From: Dipteris shenzhenensis
Lineage: Eukaryota
Assembly: GCA_047967505.1 (NCBI GenBank)
Contig: CM106538.1
Length of the DNA: 64,000 nt
Strand: one strand, 5' to 3'
The translations under genes and the position numbers were made by a program. Shown one piece after another: positions 38,239-51,100 of this stretch; within the stretch, counting starts at the first letter, position 1, and each line of letters starts with the position of its first letter. The notes under the pieces were generated by a model. The model was given only the letters and a program-made list of their open reading frames with translations. It was not told the DNA's origin and did no database searches.

Positions 38239-41200
38239 AAGAAAACAATACAACGTCTGTGCTCAACAGATAACACGATCTCGTATGCAAGAGAGAAAAA
38301 TAGATAGTATGGAGAATAAAAAATTTGATTACTGTAAAATTGATACAATAGATGGCGCTCCCTCCCAGCCGTGCGCTCTTGTGTGAGAAGCTTTGATGGC
38401 ATGCTAGAAACAGTAGAGGATGGAGGCTAGATGCTAAGGAATCAGGGTTGCTGTAGCCAGTGATGAATATGGGCTTCACGGGCTTGCTCTTATATAGCCA
38501 CTAGTCGTATTTGATTAGACCCAATTGGGAGACCGACCCAGTGAGCCCAAAACAACCGACTGAAGGTCTCGAAATAGGCCATTGACCACACGTTAGAACC
38601 ATGGCGTAGAATAGAGCAACTAGCTTATGGTCTCTGTTCAGCCCTCTGTTCGGCCCAGAGCCATCTGAGATCATTTGGGGCTCCAAACGGGCCCTGCAAC
38701 CCGAGAGTGGGCTGCCCCGGGAAATGCTCCATCTACCCTCAGTGCGGTCAATCATGGGATGCCTTCTTGCACTTGCATGTAGCCTAGTTGGCAGTGTGCC
38801 AACTCTACTTGAAGCCGTCCAGCCATTAGGCCACACATGGCCCCCATCTGGTGTCCAAACCAGGACCTATCGGATAACTGAGCTACTCAAATGCCTTCTC
38901 CTCATATGCGGGGCTTACAAGTAGAGTTAGCTGGTTCCTGCCTAGCTACACAAGAGTGGAGCATTGATATCTAACACCCCCCCTCAATGTCCATCTGCAA
39001 GTGAACTTACTTTTTTGGCCCTATGCCAAGTCGATGAAGATGCCTCTCCAGCAAGTCTCTTCCAAGAGCCTTCGTGAAGATGTCCACAACATTCTCTGTA
39101 GTCAGATAGTACACCAAGTCAACCTCTCCATCCATGATGAGCTCGCGTACAAAGTGATATTGAATCTCAATGTGTTTTGTGCGAGCGTGGAACACAGGGT
39201 TCTTTGCAATTGCCATGCAACTCTGATTGTCACATGATAACTACATAGGCTTGTTGTGCACTGTACCCATGTCCCCTAAAATCCTCCTTAACCACACTGC
39301 CTCACAAGAAGCAAAACATGCTGATTTGTACTCAGCCTTAGTAGAAGAAAGAGCAACTGTAGTTGCTTCTTGCTGACCCATGACATAGCTCTAGATCCTA
39401 GTGAGAAATAGTAACTTGTCACTGATCTCCTATTGTCCACGTCTCCTGCCCAATCCGAGTCACAGAATCTGGTCAAGATGTTTCCCTTGGTATAGGTGAT
39501 GCCATAATCAAGTGTGCCTTTGATGTATTTCAGCACCTGCATCCCTACCCTCTAATGGTTCTCTCGGGGCTTATTGGAAAACCTGCTTAGTACATCAGTC
39601 ACAAAACTGATGTCCTGCCACGTGTTGCACAAGTAAATCAAATTGCCCACAAGCCTTCTGTACTTCGCTTCATCCACCAGTGGTGATGAATCCTCATTTG
39701 AGAGCTTCACGTCAACCTCCATAGGGGTGCCAACTGTCTTGCACTCAGCCATGCCAAATGTCTTCAGTTTCTCTCCAGCATACTTCAAGTGTGAAATGAA
39801 GATCTATTTTGGCTCTTGCCAAACTTCAATCCCCAAATAGAAATGCATCCTGTCATTTCAAACTCTCTTCCTAGCAATTGCTATGTCTGCGAGATCTCCT
39901 CTTCATGGTTCCCTATTTTGACAAGGTCGTCCACATAAAGGACCACGATCATACACCTGCCTCCTTCTCTGTAGATATACGAATTTGTATCAGATGGGCT
40001 CCTCCTGAACCCGTTTTGCAGAAAGTAGGCATCAATCCATTGGTACCACGCTCATGGGGACTGTTTTAGCCCGTAAAGTGCCTTCTTTAGTTTATAGACT
40101 TTACCTTCTGAACTGGGGATCACAAAACCTGGTGGTTGTTCCACATATACCTCCTCCTTGAGATCTCCATTTAGAAAGGTGGATTTTACATCCATCTAAA
40201 ACATGGGCCAACTTTCCTGTGCTGCTAAAGCCAAAATACTACGAATTGTGGTTAGTCGAGTTGTGGGAGAAAAAGTATATTGATAATCAAAACCATGTAC
40301 CTATGCGAATCCTTTTGCCATGAGCGGAGCCTTGTACTTATCCAACGTGCCGTCGGAATTGTACTTGGTCTTATACACCCACTTGGTGCCGATTACCTTG
40401 CGTTTTGGTGGTCGATCCACAAGATCCAAGTGTTGTTCTTCATTATAGAGCCATACTCCAACTGCATAGCCTCCATCCACCTATCATCACCCTGTGCCTC
40501 TTCAAGACACTTGGGTTCTTCAGCACGAATCACCTCTGTCATCAAAGTGTAGTTGACCAAGTGTTCCTGTGCCCTTCTTTGCTCCTCTAATCTCTTGGAC
40601 CGGTGGTGTTCGAATGATTCCTCCTCAATGGCTAGAGGTTCTCTACCATCCAAAAGCTGCTTTACCCACTTCGGGAATGGCCGTTGCCATTGTGATTCTG
40701 CAGGCTCTTCTTCCTCTTCTTTATCTTGAATCCTCCCAAGCATCATTGGGGGAGTTCGGTCTGTTGTTGGTGGTTGTACTGGATGGATATCCTGGTCCTC
40801 GCGTTGTCTAGGAAGGAAACATCCTCCTCCAATTGATGCAGCTGTTCTGAGAAGACCACATCATGACTTACTATTACCTTCTTGGTAACATGATTATAGA
40901 GACGGTTACCCTTCACCTCCTTCACCTCTTCACTGTAGCCCAAGAAAATACACTTCTAGCTCTTCAGTTCCCATTTGGTCCTGTTAGCATCAGGGACATG
41001 CACAAAACAGTCACATCCAAAAACTTTGAAATGTGCAGCTGAAGGTTTCTTACTGGAAAAGGCCTACAGTGGAGTCATCTCGTTCACAGCCTTCGTGTAG
41101 CTACGATTCAGAATGTAAACTGCCGTGTTACATGCTTTAGCCCAAAAAGTCTTTGGCAAATCTTTCCCTTTCATCATACTCCTGCCCATTTCATAGATGA

Positions 41201-43164
41201 CGTGCATCTTGCGCTCTGCTACTCCATTTTGCTGTGATGTATGTGGCGGGGGTTTTTGCCTCTTGATCCCGTGACTTTTGCAGTAACTTTCAAATTCACT
41301 TGATGTGAACTCACCACCTCTGTCTAATCTCAACTTCTTCACCTTCCTCCCTGTTTCTTTCTCGACCATTACATGCCATTCTTTGAACTTACTAAGAGCC
41401 TCATCTTTAGTCTTCAGGAAGTATATCCATATCCTTCTACTATAGTCATCGATCAGCGTCATGAAGTAGTAGGAACCACCCAAAGCTTCTGTCTCCATCT
41501 TTCCACAGAGGTCCGTGTGAACGAGCTCTAGAGGAGCCTTTGCCCTGCTAGACTCTTTAGGAAAGGGCTACCGATGCTGCTTGCCCATCATGCAAGCTTC
41601 ACATACATCGGGCAGATTTGTAATTTCTAGTAGGTCTGCAATCATTCCTCTTTTATGCATCTCCTTTAAAGAACTAAGGTTTAGATGACCAAACCTCTCA
41701 TGCCATAGCTTAGTGTTGCTCACATCAGTTCAAGCACCGAAAGCTGAGAGTTCGTAGATGTTGTTGCGCCATGTACCTTTACCAATGACCTTCCCTTGAA
41801 GATCCAAAATCTGTGTGCCATTCTTATCGAAGTGAACTTTGAGGTCCCGATCCGTGATCGTAGAAATGGACAACAAGTTCCTCTTGATATCTGGCACATA
41901 AAGAACATCAGACAACTGTTTCACAACTCCATCTGACTTAAGAGCAATCGTACCTTTTCCTTTTGCTAGACATTTTGCATCATTGCCGACTGCTACTAAG
42001 ATGTCATTCCCTACCGGATGTAGAGAGGTATACCAATCCTTCTGACTGGTCATGTGGCACGATGCACCACTGTCAATAATCCAAGGTTCATCTGCAGGTA
42101 CATGAACTACCTCTGTGCAAATCTCCTCAATTGCTACAAACAGCTCTACAGGTACTTCTTGCACACTGTTGCTGGACTCTTTCTTTACTCCATTCTTCTC
42201 ATCTACAATCTTCTTTCGGCACTCATTCTGCTTGTTCCCTTCCTTGTTGCAATAGAATCACTTGATCTTCTTCTTTCTCTTTTTATCATTAGAAGAAGAT
42301 GGGTTACCAGAGTCCTTATCCTTACCTTTCTTTGATCTAGTCGAGAAAGCCGAATCTTTTCCAGTCCTTGTCTTTTGATGCATCTCCTCCTCCAGAAGCA
42401 TAGCACTGAAATCCTCAAAGTTGAGGGGCAGATTTCTGTTCTACGTATTTAGCGCTATAACAAGACCGTCATACTTTGGTGGGAGAATCCATATGCACCT
42501 TCGTGCTAGATTCTCGCTGGTGATGGTGATGCCAATCGCAGTCATATGATCGTGCTGATTCTTAACCCTGGTGATGAACTTCTCTGCCGTTTCAGACTCA
42601 GGCAGTTTCTCGTTCGCAAGTTGAGTCTCTAGATTCTAAATCTGTGTCTGATTCGTGGTCTCGTACTGATTTTTCAAGACTGTCCATGCCTCCTTCACTG
42701 TGGTGACATGTTGAATTAACGCCATGACAGAATCACTTACACTGCAGACAATAGAGCACAATGCATCTGCATTTCTTCTTGTCCATGCAAGAATCTTATC
42801 CGTAGTTGGTACTATCTAGTGTCCTACTTTGGCTAGATCCGGTCTCGCAACCGGCTTCACGTCCACCCCAGTAGTAGTATCCCAAAGCTCGTTTGCACTT
42901 AGAATGGTCTTCATCTTGAACTTCCAAATGGATAGTTAGTGCTGTCCAACTTTCCGCTTTTGGCGAACGGTGGGATTCGCAGTCTTGCAGGCTGGGCCAT
43001 CTCTCACAATCTGCTTGCAAACAGAAACACACTACCAAATCTTCTTGCTAGATCCCAAGCTCAGATACCTTGTAAGAAAACAATACAACATCTGTGCTCA
43101 ACAGATAACAGGATCTCGTATACAAGAGACAAAAACAGATAGTATGGAGAATAAAAAATTTGAT
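38239..43164 (-). mobile_element. Ty1/Copia family B, copy B2 (5' LTR truncated)
   Basis: 5' LTR remnant 43164-43071; degenerate PBS 43070-43059; degenerate gag-pol 43000-39007; PPT 38986-38977; 3' LTR 38976-38239, homologous to the B1 LTRs. Confidence 0.93.
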
Positions 43165-43650
43165 CATGAGAGTTGGATGGTGGGGACTCGCGTTGCTTGG
43201 ACTCCTGATGATGAGAATCGCCTTCAGATCCTTGGTGATCATTGCCCTCTTGGCCAGTGGGGCTTGCAATGTGTTTGGAGGCCATGGCATTGTGAGGAGG
43301 ACAACGGGTAGCATCTAAACGGTGTCCAGTGGGTCTAGCCATTTGTTTAACTCATGCCATAGAAATGAGGGATTTTAGGGTTTTGAAGTGCTTTATATAG
43401 TCTTTTTTAAAGCACTTTAGGGTTTTTCTTTTAAATTAGGGTTTTTTGAGTGCACATCCTCCCCCCCAGTCTTTTGTCACTAGTTCGGTAATACTTAATC
43501 TTCACCACCCTCCCTCCCAACCCACTCACCCCTCTACCCTGCCATGTTGCACATGCAATTCGAGTGCAATTCTGGAATTTCCAAACAAATTTGTGAATTT
43601 TGGAATCTATAATTGACTCAAAATAGTGTTAACTTTATTCATCAAACATT

Positions 43651-44566
43651 TTACATTTGGGGCTCTCTTATGACCCAACGCCTCCCTTGTCTGACTCTAC
43701 ATTGCAACCAAAGTGCAACCCCTTGGCTCCCTATTGAGGACTTCCAAGCAGCACATCTCCTTGTCTTCTTGACATGTTGAACTGCTTTTGCGAGACTTGA
43801 GACTTCTACCTTATCGTGCTTGCGAGTCCTAGCCTCTAGACATATATAAAACCAATCGAACATTTCGTGTAGTGCATTGCTTCATGCGATACCACCCCCA
43901 TGCCTTGTATTCTTGAAGTATGCTGCCTTTGCTCTGTAGTGTGATTTCTCCATTCCTTGAGTATTCCAAATGGACAGAGGCCCCATTGCTCCACAAACCA
44001 TGGTGCATGTGCGTAAAGAATATGCTGTAAAGAAAAACATTGTATTAAAAACATAAACTGACTCAAGTTTAAAGCACAAAAATTCAACCTAAGGAGGATT
44101 ACCATGTAATGTGTAATATGTGACTCCCCCCATGCTTCTACCATTAATGATATCAATTCTCCCAATGCTATCCTAAATCTCTCATAATAAAGCTCATCTG
44201 TTTGACCTTGTCTAAGCAACTTTATAAATGCATCAAGCTTTGTCCACAGTTTTGCTCTCAAAGTAGCAATTCATAGATGTGAAGCTTGATTTGTGGTGAA
44301 CTCACACAAATCTTTCCAGTACTCCCAACCTAGGGTGCTTTGAGCCAATGTTTGTTTTTCTTTATCAGCATTGTGGTTGGACAAGAACCTCCTTACCTTT
44401 CCTCCACCCATGGACACTTTAGCAGGAAGATTTTGTGTCTTTCCTGATTGTTTCTTGTCCTGCTTAAGCTTCACATTGCCTCTGTGAAGTCCCAATAGTG
44501 AGAGTAGTTCTTCAGCTTTTGCAATGCATTGTGCAGATACTTGTTGTGGCCTCAAATTCCAAGCAT
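43651..44566 (-). pseudogene. RAG1/Transib-like DDE transposase, C-terminal half, with a 78-bp GT-AG intron (44102-44025)
   Basis: Spliced translation WGESHITHYM^HILYAHAPWFVEQWG[1-nt frameshift]LSIWNTQGMEKSHYRAKAAYFKNTRHGGG matches the RAG1 pattern [31 protein letters not shown]. Two in-frame stops. Confidence 0.7.
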
Positions 44567-46124
44567 CTACAATCGCTTTATGCTGTTACTCTATAAGGAG
44601 TCTTCTTTCTTCTCGTTGTTTCTCCCTTCGCAAGTGTTGCGAAAGTGTCTTCTATTGCTGTTTCAATATCATGCCATTGCTTTCCTTGACTCACAATCTA
44701 TTCCTTGTGCCTTGACCAAGCTTTTCATCTTTCTTGTCTCGCAGCCTCTGTTTGCTTCTTTTACAAGCCTTGGTGAGCTGGATGTTGCCATTGATGCCAC
44801 GATCAGTCCAAAATAGATATGGAGAAGTGAGCTTGTGAGGAAAGCAAAGAATAGAAGACAACTTACCTGAAAGAAGATAATGCCAAACCAAAGTCTGCTC
44901 AAGGTCACGTCAAGGTGCATGTTGCAGGGCATTTGCAAGGTGGGGGCAGGTTGTAGGTACTTAATCTTCCAAGATTTGATGGGCGTGAGGTGTGAAAATT
45001 CAAAATTTACGAGAGTAGAAAAATTTTTAGCCGCTGGTTTCCTCCCCTTTGGTGATACACATTAGTAGAATTGATATCCCAAACAAGTGCAATGTGGCCT
45101 CAAATGCTTCAAAACACAAATAGACCAAAGGGCATGCTATCAGGTTTGAAGCTGTGTATTATGAAATGCAATGAACTTTGGCATGCTTATGAGCCATATA
45201 GCAAGCAAGTGCATGGAAAAAGAAATAATTCAAAATTATAAATAATGTTGGATTTATCAAAAGATCTTTATACATGTAGAAAATTGGACATTTTTAACTT
45301 CTTCCATTTTAGGACAAATCTAGATACCAATACCAACAACTATCAATATTTTAAGATCACCATGCAGTAGTCCCACTAGTTTGGATTCCAAATTTTCAAT
45401 CTGTTTTGGTTTTCTGCAACAAATCAAAAAAATATTATTGAGCATGCCCTCAAATGGGTGTGCATCACTTTAGCACAACATTGGAGGCCCATTAATCCAT
45501 GCCTAATGTTCTCATTTAGGTGTGTCCTTGGGTTCAGGTGAAGCTTACGTAGTGTACTTTTAAATGATTACTTGGTTGCATTTATGTATAGAGCACAATT
45601 TTGATGTTTTTAAAATAAATTGCTATATCCTATAGTCTTCAGGATGCATGCTTCACATTCAACATAGCACTTCTAATGCTTTAACGGTCTCATTCCAAAT
45701 ATTTGTCCCTGATTTTTTTGGTCTCATGTTCAAGTTTGGAATATGTAATATAACTTGAAGACATAGTTTTCCAAATTTTGTTGAGCAATGCATAAGTTAT
45801 GGGTCATGCAAGATCCCTATATACAGAAAATTCCCTAAACCTTACAAAAAATGGCTACACCCAAGCAAACAATGACCCAATGGTAATTTCAAGAAAGTGA
45901 TATCAAGTGGTATTATGAAACAAAGAGTATAGTACCTACCCAAGCAATATGATGGTGATTCTATAAATGAGGCACTGATAAAATAAGGGGAAAAGAAGAA
46001 GGCCTAGATGGAATGGAACAATGTTACATTGGCCATCTTTGGACAAAGTCCAAAACAAAAGATAAAGTAGACAAGTCTTTCATTTGAACAAAAGCAAGTC
46101 TATGGAGGTAAATTTAAATATTTA

Positions 46125-46700
46125 CATTAGAGGAGAATTGGGGTCTCAAAAGGGCCTCATAAGGAATGGGTTAAGAAATTGATTAGGCCTAATGCATGCC
46201 CTCTTGTGGGGTCCAAGGGAGTGCTAACCCCCCCTACCTAGGTAGGTTAAGCCAAGTTGATCCCACTTCTTACACTTCTTACACCTAGGAAGGGGCCACC
46301 TCTTACACCTCTTACACCAAGGAGGGGCAAGGAGAGGCAGGGGGGAAGGTGCAAGCTAGGCTGAAGGGGGAGAGGAGAAGGCTGAGGCGGGAGGAAGAGG
46401 AGGCAGGGGGGAGGGATGAAGAAAGGGTAGAGGAGGTGGAGGTAGGGAGATGAGGGAGGGAGGGATGAGGCAGGGGCAAGGAGAGGCGAGGGGGAGGAGG
46501 GATGATGTGGGGTTAGAGGAGGCAGAGGTAGGGAGACGAGGAAGGGAGGGAGAGGGGGGTAGTAGTTGGGAGAGAGGGAGGAGAGGGCAGACAGGGTTGA
46601 GAGGGAGGGGCAAAGAGGGTGGAGGAGGGGGTTGAGGGAGAGGCTAGGTTGAGAGGACGTAGGGGCAGCTCATGCGAGGAGGAGCAACAACTCATCCAAA
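46125..46700 (+). mobile_element. Divergent 'CATTAG' terminus, copy 3, followed by a G/A-rich tract
   Basis: CATTAGAGGAGAATTGGGGTCTCAAAAGGGCC is shared with 13167 and 32283; the interior is diverged. Confidence 0.45.
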
Positions 46701-46740
46701 TTCATGGCGATTGATGGTTTCTTATGTCATGGATTATTGA

Positions 46741-47121
46741 TTGGGGAAGAAGCCTCCATTGGACCAAAAGAAAGTATCCACAAGACTCATTGCTCCAAAG
46801 GCATTTCCATGGTTATTGCCAGAATTGTATGCTAGTATGAATACATGTACAAATTCCAAGATCACATGGGCACTGGAGTCATATTGTTTTGCTATGGGTT
46901 GCCTATTTATTAGAGAAATTGCCAACTTTCTCATAGATGCGGCAGGAGCTCTTGGTGACAACTTGGTGAAGGGAGATGTGTTTATCAAACTCTTGGTTGA
47001 TTGCAAGAACTCGCTATGTAGGATTGATCCGAGGGAGCAAGCTACCATGGAAGAAGTTTTGATAAAAATGCATAGTTTTAATGTAAACAAGGATGTGGCA
47101 ATGCTTCCATTGAGGAAATGA
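46741..47121 (+). pseudogene. Possible protein-kinase C-lobe fragment
   Basis: FPWLLPELY...ESYCFAMG...LCRIDPREQATMEEVL resembles kinase subdomains VIII, IX and XI; no N-lobe, HRD or DFG seen. Confidence 0.35.
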
Positions 47122-47487
47122 AGACATGTTGTTGAACATAAGTTGCATCTTTTTTGAGCTTGAACCATATGACCACAATTATTGCATAATTTGCAGTGTC
47201 CTTGGATTGTACATATGGATTATTGATGTTACTATAACATGTATCTTGAATTTGATTGTAACATTTTGCAAGATTTTGTTTGTTTTATTTGTATCCTTCA
47301 ACTTGCACAAGCATCTCACTTTGTGCACTCTGCAATAGCTAAAAATTAAAGTAATGCATCTTGTTCAATTTAATGGATCATGCTCAATACACAATTAAAA
47401 TAGCTAGATAAATTCTCACATCTTGTAATTTGAATAAGTATGTTCCAATCAACCATGTTTCTTATTTGTTATTGGCATGGTTATTAG

Positions 47488-47490
<3 letters not shown>

Positions 47491-47525
<35 letters not shown>
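47491..47525. repeat. (CT)n microsatellite
   Basis: Read directly from the sequence. Confidence 0.95.
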
Positions 47526-47531
<6 letters not shown>

Positions 47532-48167
47532 ACCATGGATTCCTCGTCATCACAACTAGGAGGCTAACGTTTGGGCTACCATCAATACACGGCTCCACTT
47601 GATAATGACACTTATCAAAATGCTAGCCATTTTATCAAAGTCAATGGTTTTGCATGCAGGTGCAAAGTGAAGCATCTACCATGTGGTAGTAGAATAGAGT
47701 CAAAGTGAAGAGTACACTACACAAAGAGGCATGAACCAATGGGATAATGCCATATGGAACAACAATGGGTAGACTAAGCTACAAGAGTACCAGACACGTG
47801 ATGTGATGCATGGAGAAAAGAGCACACTACATTAAGGAGTAGCAAATGCATGATGCATGAAGTAGAGAAGGAGATTACAAGCATTAATGCAAATGGGAAA
47901 ATAATAAATGTGCAAGATGACATAACAAGATTTCATTGCAGTGGGAGCAACATGGAGACCACATGATGGAGAGAAGAGAGTAGTCTAGGCATGGGAATCA
48001 GACTAGACACAAGATGAACAATCAAAATAAGCTACACAAACAGAATGGATGGATAGATGCATGGAAAGGGTAGCAACACAAAACCATGTTAGAATGGAAC
48101 ACAAGAAATGTGAAAGGGACCACAAAACAAGCTAGTAAAAAGCATGGTCAAAGATTTTAGTAGGGTA

Positions 48168-51100
48168 TGTTGAGATATCAAGCTCTACCCCCGATATATC
48201 TCCTGGATGACTATCATTTATGTCACCGCCTATGTTAGTTGTACTCGTGGTGTAGTTAGACTACCACGTATGTTTTTGGTTTGGGTTCACATATGAACCA
48301 CGTATTCTAGGGTTTGACATATAGGGTATTTCCCTCTTCTATTGTATTGTTGTTGTTGTGTGCAAAAGTGAAGAAAGGCTTCACCCTCCAACCTTGTGTC
48401 CTCTCTCTTTTGTGTGTTGTGAAGAAAGCTGGACTTGAGTCTCCTATCTCTCTCCCTTATTCTTTACATGGTATCAGAGCCTTGTTCGAGGTAAGGAGCT
48501 CAAGAAAGCAAGCCAAGTTTGTGGTGTCCTGGTAAGAGGACTAGTGTTGCTTTCCTATTTCGAGTTTGGGAGCAAATCTCTGCAGGTAGCACAGCCAGAA
48601 GTGCAGGAGTGCACTGTTTCAGATTGAGAGGCCCTTCGCAGTGTGGCGAGAGCGCAGTATATGCTGCCCTGGGTGACTTTATTTTTTTGATTTGAGGCCG
48701 TTTCGGGGCCCATTTTGAAGGTGGAAGTTCTTCGCAAGCACTCAGAAAAAGGCCCTGTTTTTGCTGTGCGACCACTGCGCGGCTAGTCAGTGGAAAGGTG
48801 CCACAGAAATTGCATCGTATGCTTGTGTGCAGAGATATTGGGAGTTGCAGATTCATGCCTGTTGCCTGTTGATGCAAAATCGTCACTAGGAAGTGACTGT
48901 GTGGTGAAATACCACTTTCGTCAGTGTTGCAGATCTGCCCCTGTGAGGTTTTTTGCAGAAGTTTTGCTATTTGCCCTTGTGAGGCATTTGCTGTGTTTAC
49001 AGGTTGCTGTTGCAATTCGTGATTTGTAAAATGTCTGAGAATCTGTCTACCATTGTCAGTGAGAAGCTTGACAAGAACAACTTCCAAGCATGGAAGTTCA
49101 GGATGACAAACTTCCTTATGGGAAAGGGAGTTTGGGATTACATTAGTGGTGAAACTGCAGAACCAGTTTTGGGTGCTGCTCCCACTCCTGCTGAATTGAA
49201 GGCCTTTAAAGAATGGCATGAAAAAGCCAGAAAATGCCTGTATTGGCTGTCTGTTAGCATTTTAGATTCTATGATTGTGCATATACAGGATGTAGAGATG
49301 CCTAAGGAGGCATGGGATACATTGGTGAAGCTGTATAGCACAAATACCAAAGCACGAAAGATGCAGCTAAAGCAGGAGTTGCACAATGTGCAAAGGAAAA
49401 ATCTGAATATAAATGAGTATTCCTTGAAGGTGAAAGGCCTTGCAGATTCTCTTGCCTCCATTGGAGCACCTGTTGATGATGAGGACTTAGTGTCCGTGAC
49501 CTTGAATGGTCTTGGGAAAGATTATGCACAGTTTCGGACATCCATTGGAGTCCGTGAAACATTTCCTGATTTTCAGAAACTTATTGCTCTCTTGCTGAGT
49601 GAAGAGCAAAGGAATGGTGGTTCAGCCACCTCAGCTTCTCAAGAGACTGCTTTCTACTCGAATACAGGTAGAGGCAGGGGTAGAGGAAGAGGCCATTTTG
49701 GTGGCCGTGCAGGAAATCAGAACCAACAGCAACAACAGGAAAACCAGTCCTATGGAGGAGGACGTGGTAGTTCTAGAGGCAGGGGGAGCCAAAGAGGCCG
49801 TGGTTCATGGCAAAGGAACCAGCAAGTAAATAGCAGCACAGAATGCTATTATTGTGGAAAGCCTGGACACAAGGAGAATACATGCTATAAAAAGCAGAAT
49901 GACATCAAAAGTGGGAAGTTGCAGCAAAGCAACTATGCATCATCAAGTGGGCATGGTGACGACAGAAATGAGCACCTTTTTGTGATGCAGCATATGGTTA
50001 ACTCCATGTCAGGAGATGCTGCAGCTTGCAATGATGTTTGGTATGTTGATTCAGGTGCCTCTAACCACATGACCAGTCATGGTGAGTGGTTTCATGATGT
50101 TAGAAATTTGGATAAGCCAGGTTATGTTGAAACAGGTGATGATACTGCGCACCCAATTACGCAGGTTGGTAAAGTGCCATTGGCTATGCAGGATGGCAAA
50201 ACGAAGTACTTGGCAGATGTACTTCATGTTCCAAAAATCACTAAGAACCTAGTTTCAGTTGGCCAGATGGTTGAGCAAGGTCTGCAGGTTAGATTTAACC
50301 CTGATGGATGCTTTGTTGAGGACTTGAAAAATAAGTGCCGCTTGGTTGCGAAAGGCAACAAAAATGGCAGAATGTTCACCTTGGATGTTGATATGCCTGA
50401 GGTGAAAGCTGCTATGTTTGCGCATGGGAGAGGTGTCATTGCAGATATTGAGATATGGCACAAGCGCATTGGGCACGTGAATATACAAAGGCTGAAATCT
50501 ATGCAAATGAAAAACATTGTTGCAGGTTTGCCTAAATTCAAAGTTGAGGGAATGCAAAAGGTATGTGAAGCATGCCAAATGGGTAAGCAGGCTAGACATG
50601 CATTTCACAAAAATGCTAAGGTGAGTAGAAGACCTTTGGAAGTGATCCATTCAGATGTTTGGACAACCAAAGCTGCTTCTATTGGTGGATGCCATTATTA
50701 TGTGACGTTTATCGATGACTACACTAGGAAGGTGTGGATTTATTTTATGAAGCACAAAAGTGAAGTGTTCAGCCATTTCAAGGCTTTTAAGGCCATGGTT
50801 GAAAAAGAGAAAGGTGTGCATATTAAAGTGCTAAGATTTGATGGAGGGGGAGAGTACTTTTCAGAAGAATTTTGTGAATATCTGAAAGAACAGGGAATTC
50901 AAAGGAAGTACTCATGCAGGTCTACCCCTCAGCAGAATGGGGTTGCAGAAAGGAAGAACAGGCATATTGCAGAAGTCGGACGGGCGATCCTAAATGAGAA
51001 AAACATGCCTGATTATTTTTGGGCTGAAGCAGTAGCAACTGCTGTTTATATTATGAACAGAACCCCCACTGCAGCTGTCCATGGCATGACGCTTGAAGAA

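Noticed and set aside
45020-45065. RSS/Transib-like TIR (minus-strand CACCAAA...CTAAAAATT)
   Set aside because: Weak match, not shared by the 27060 copy, and no partner TIR or 5-bp TSD found.
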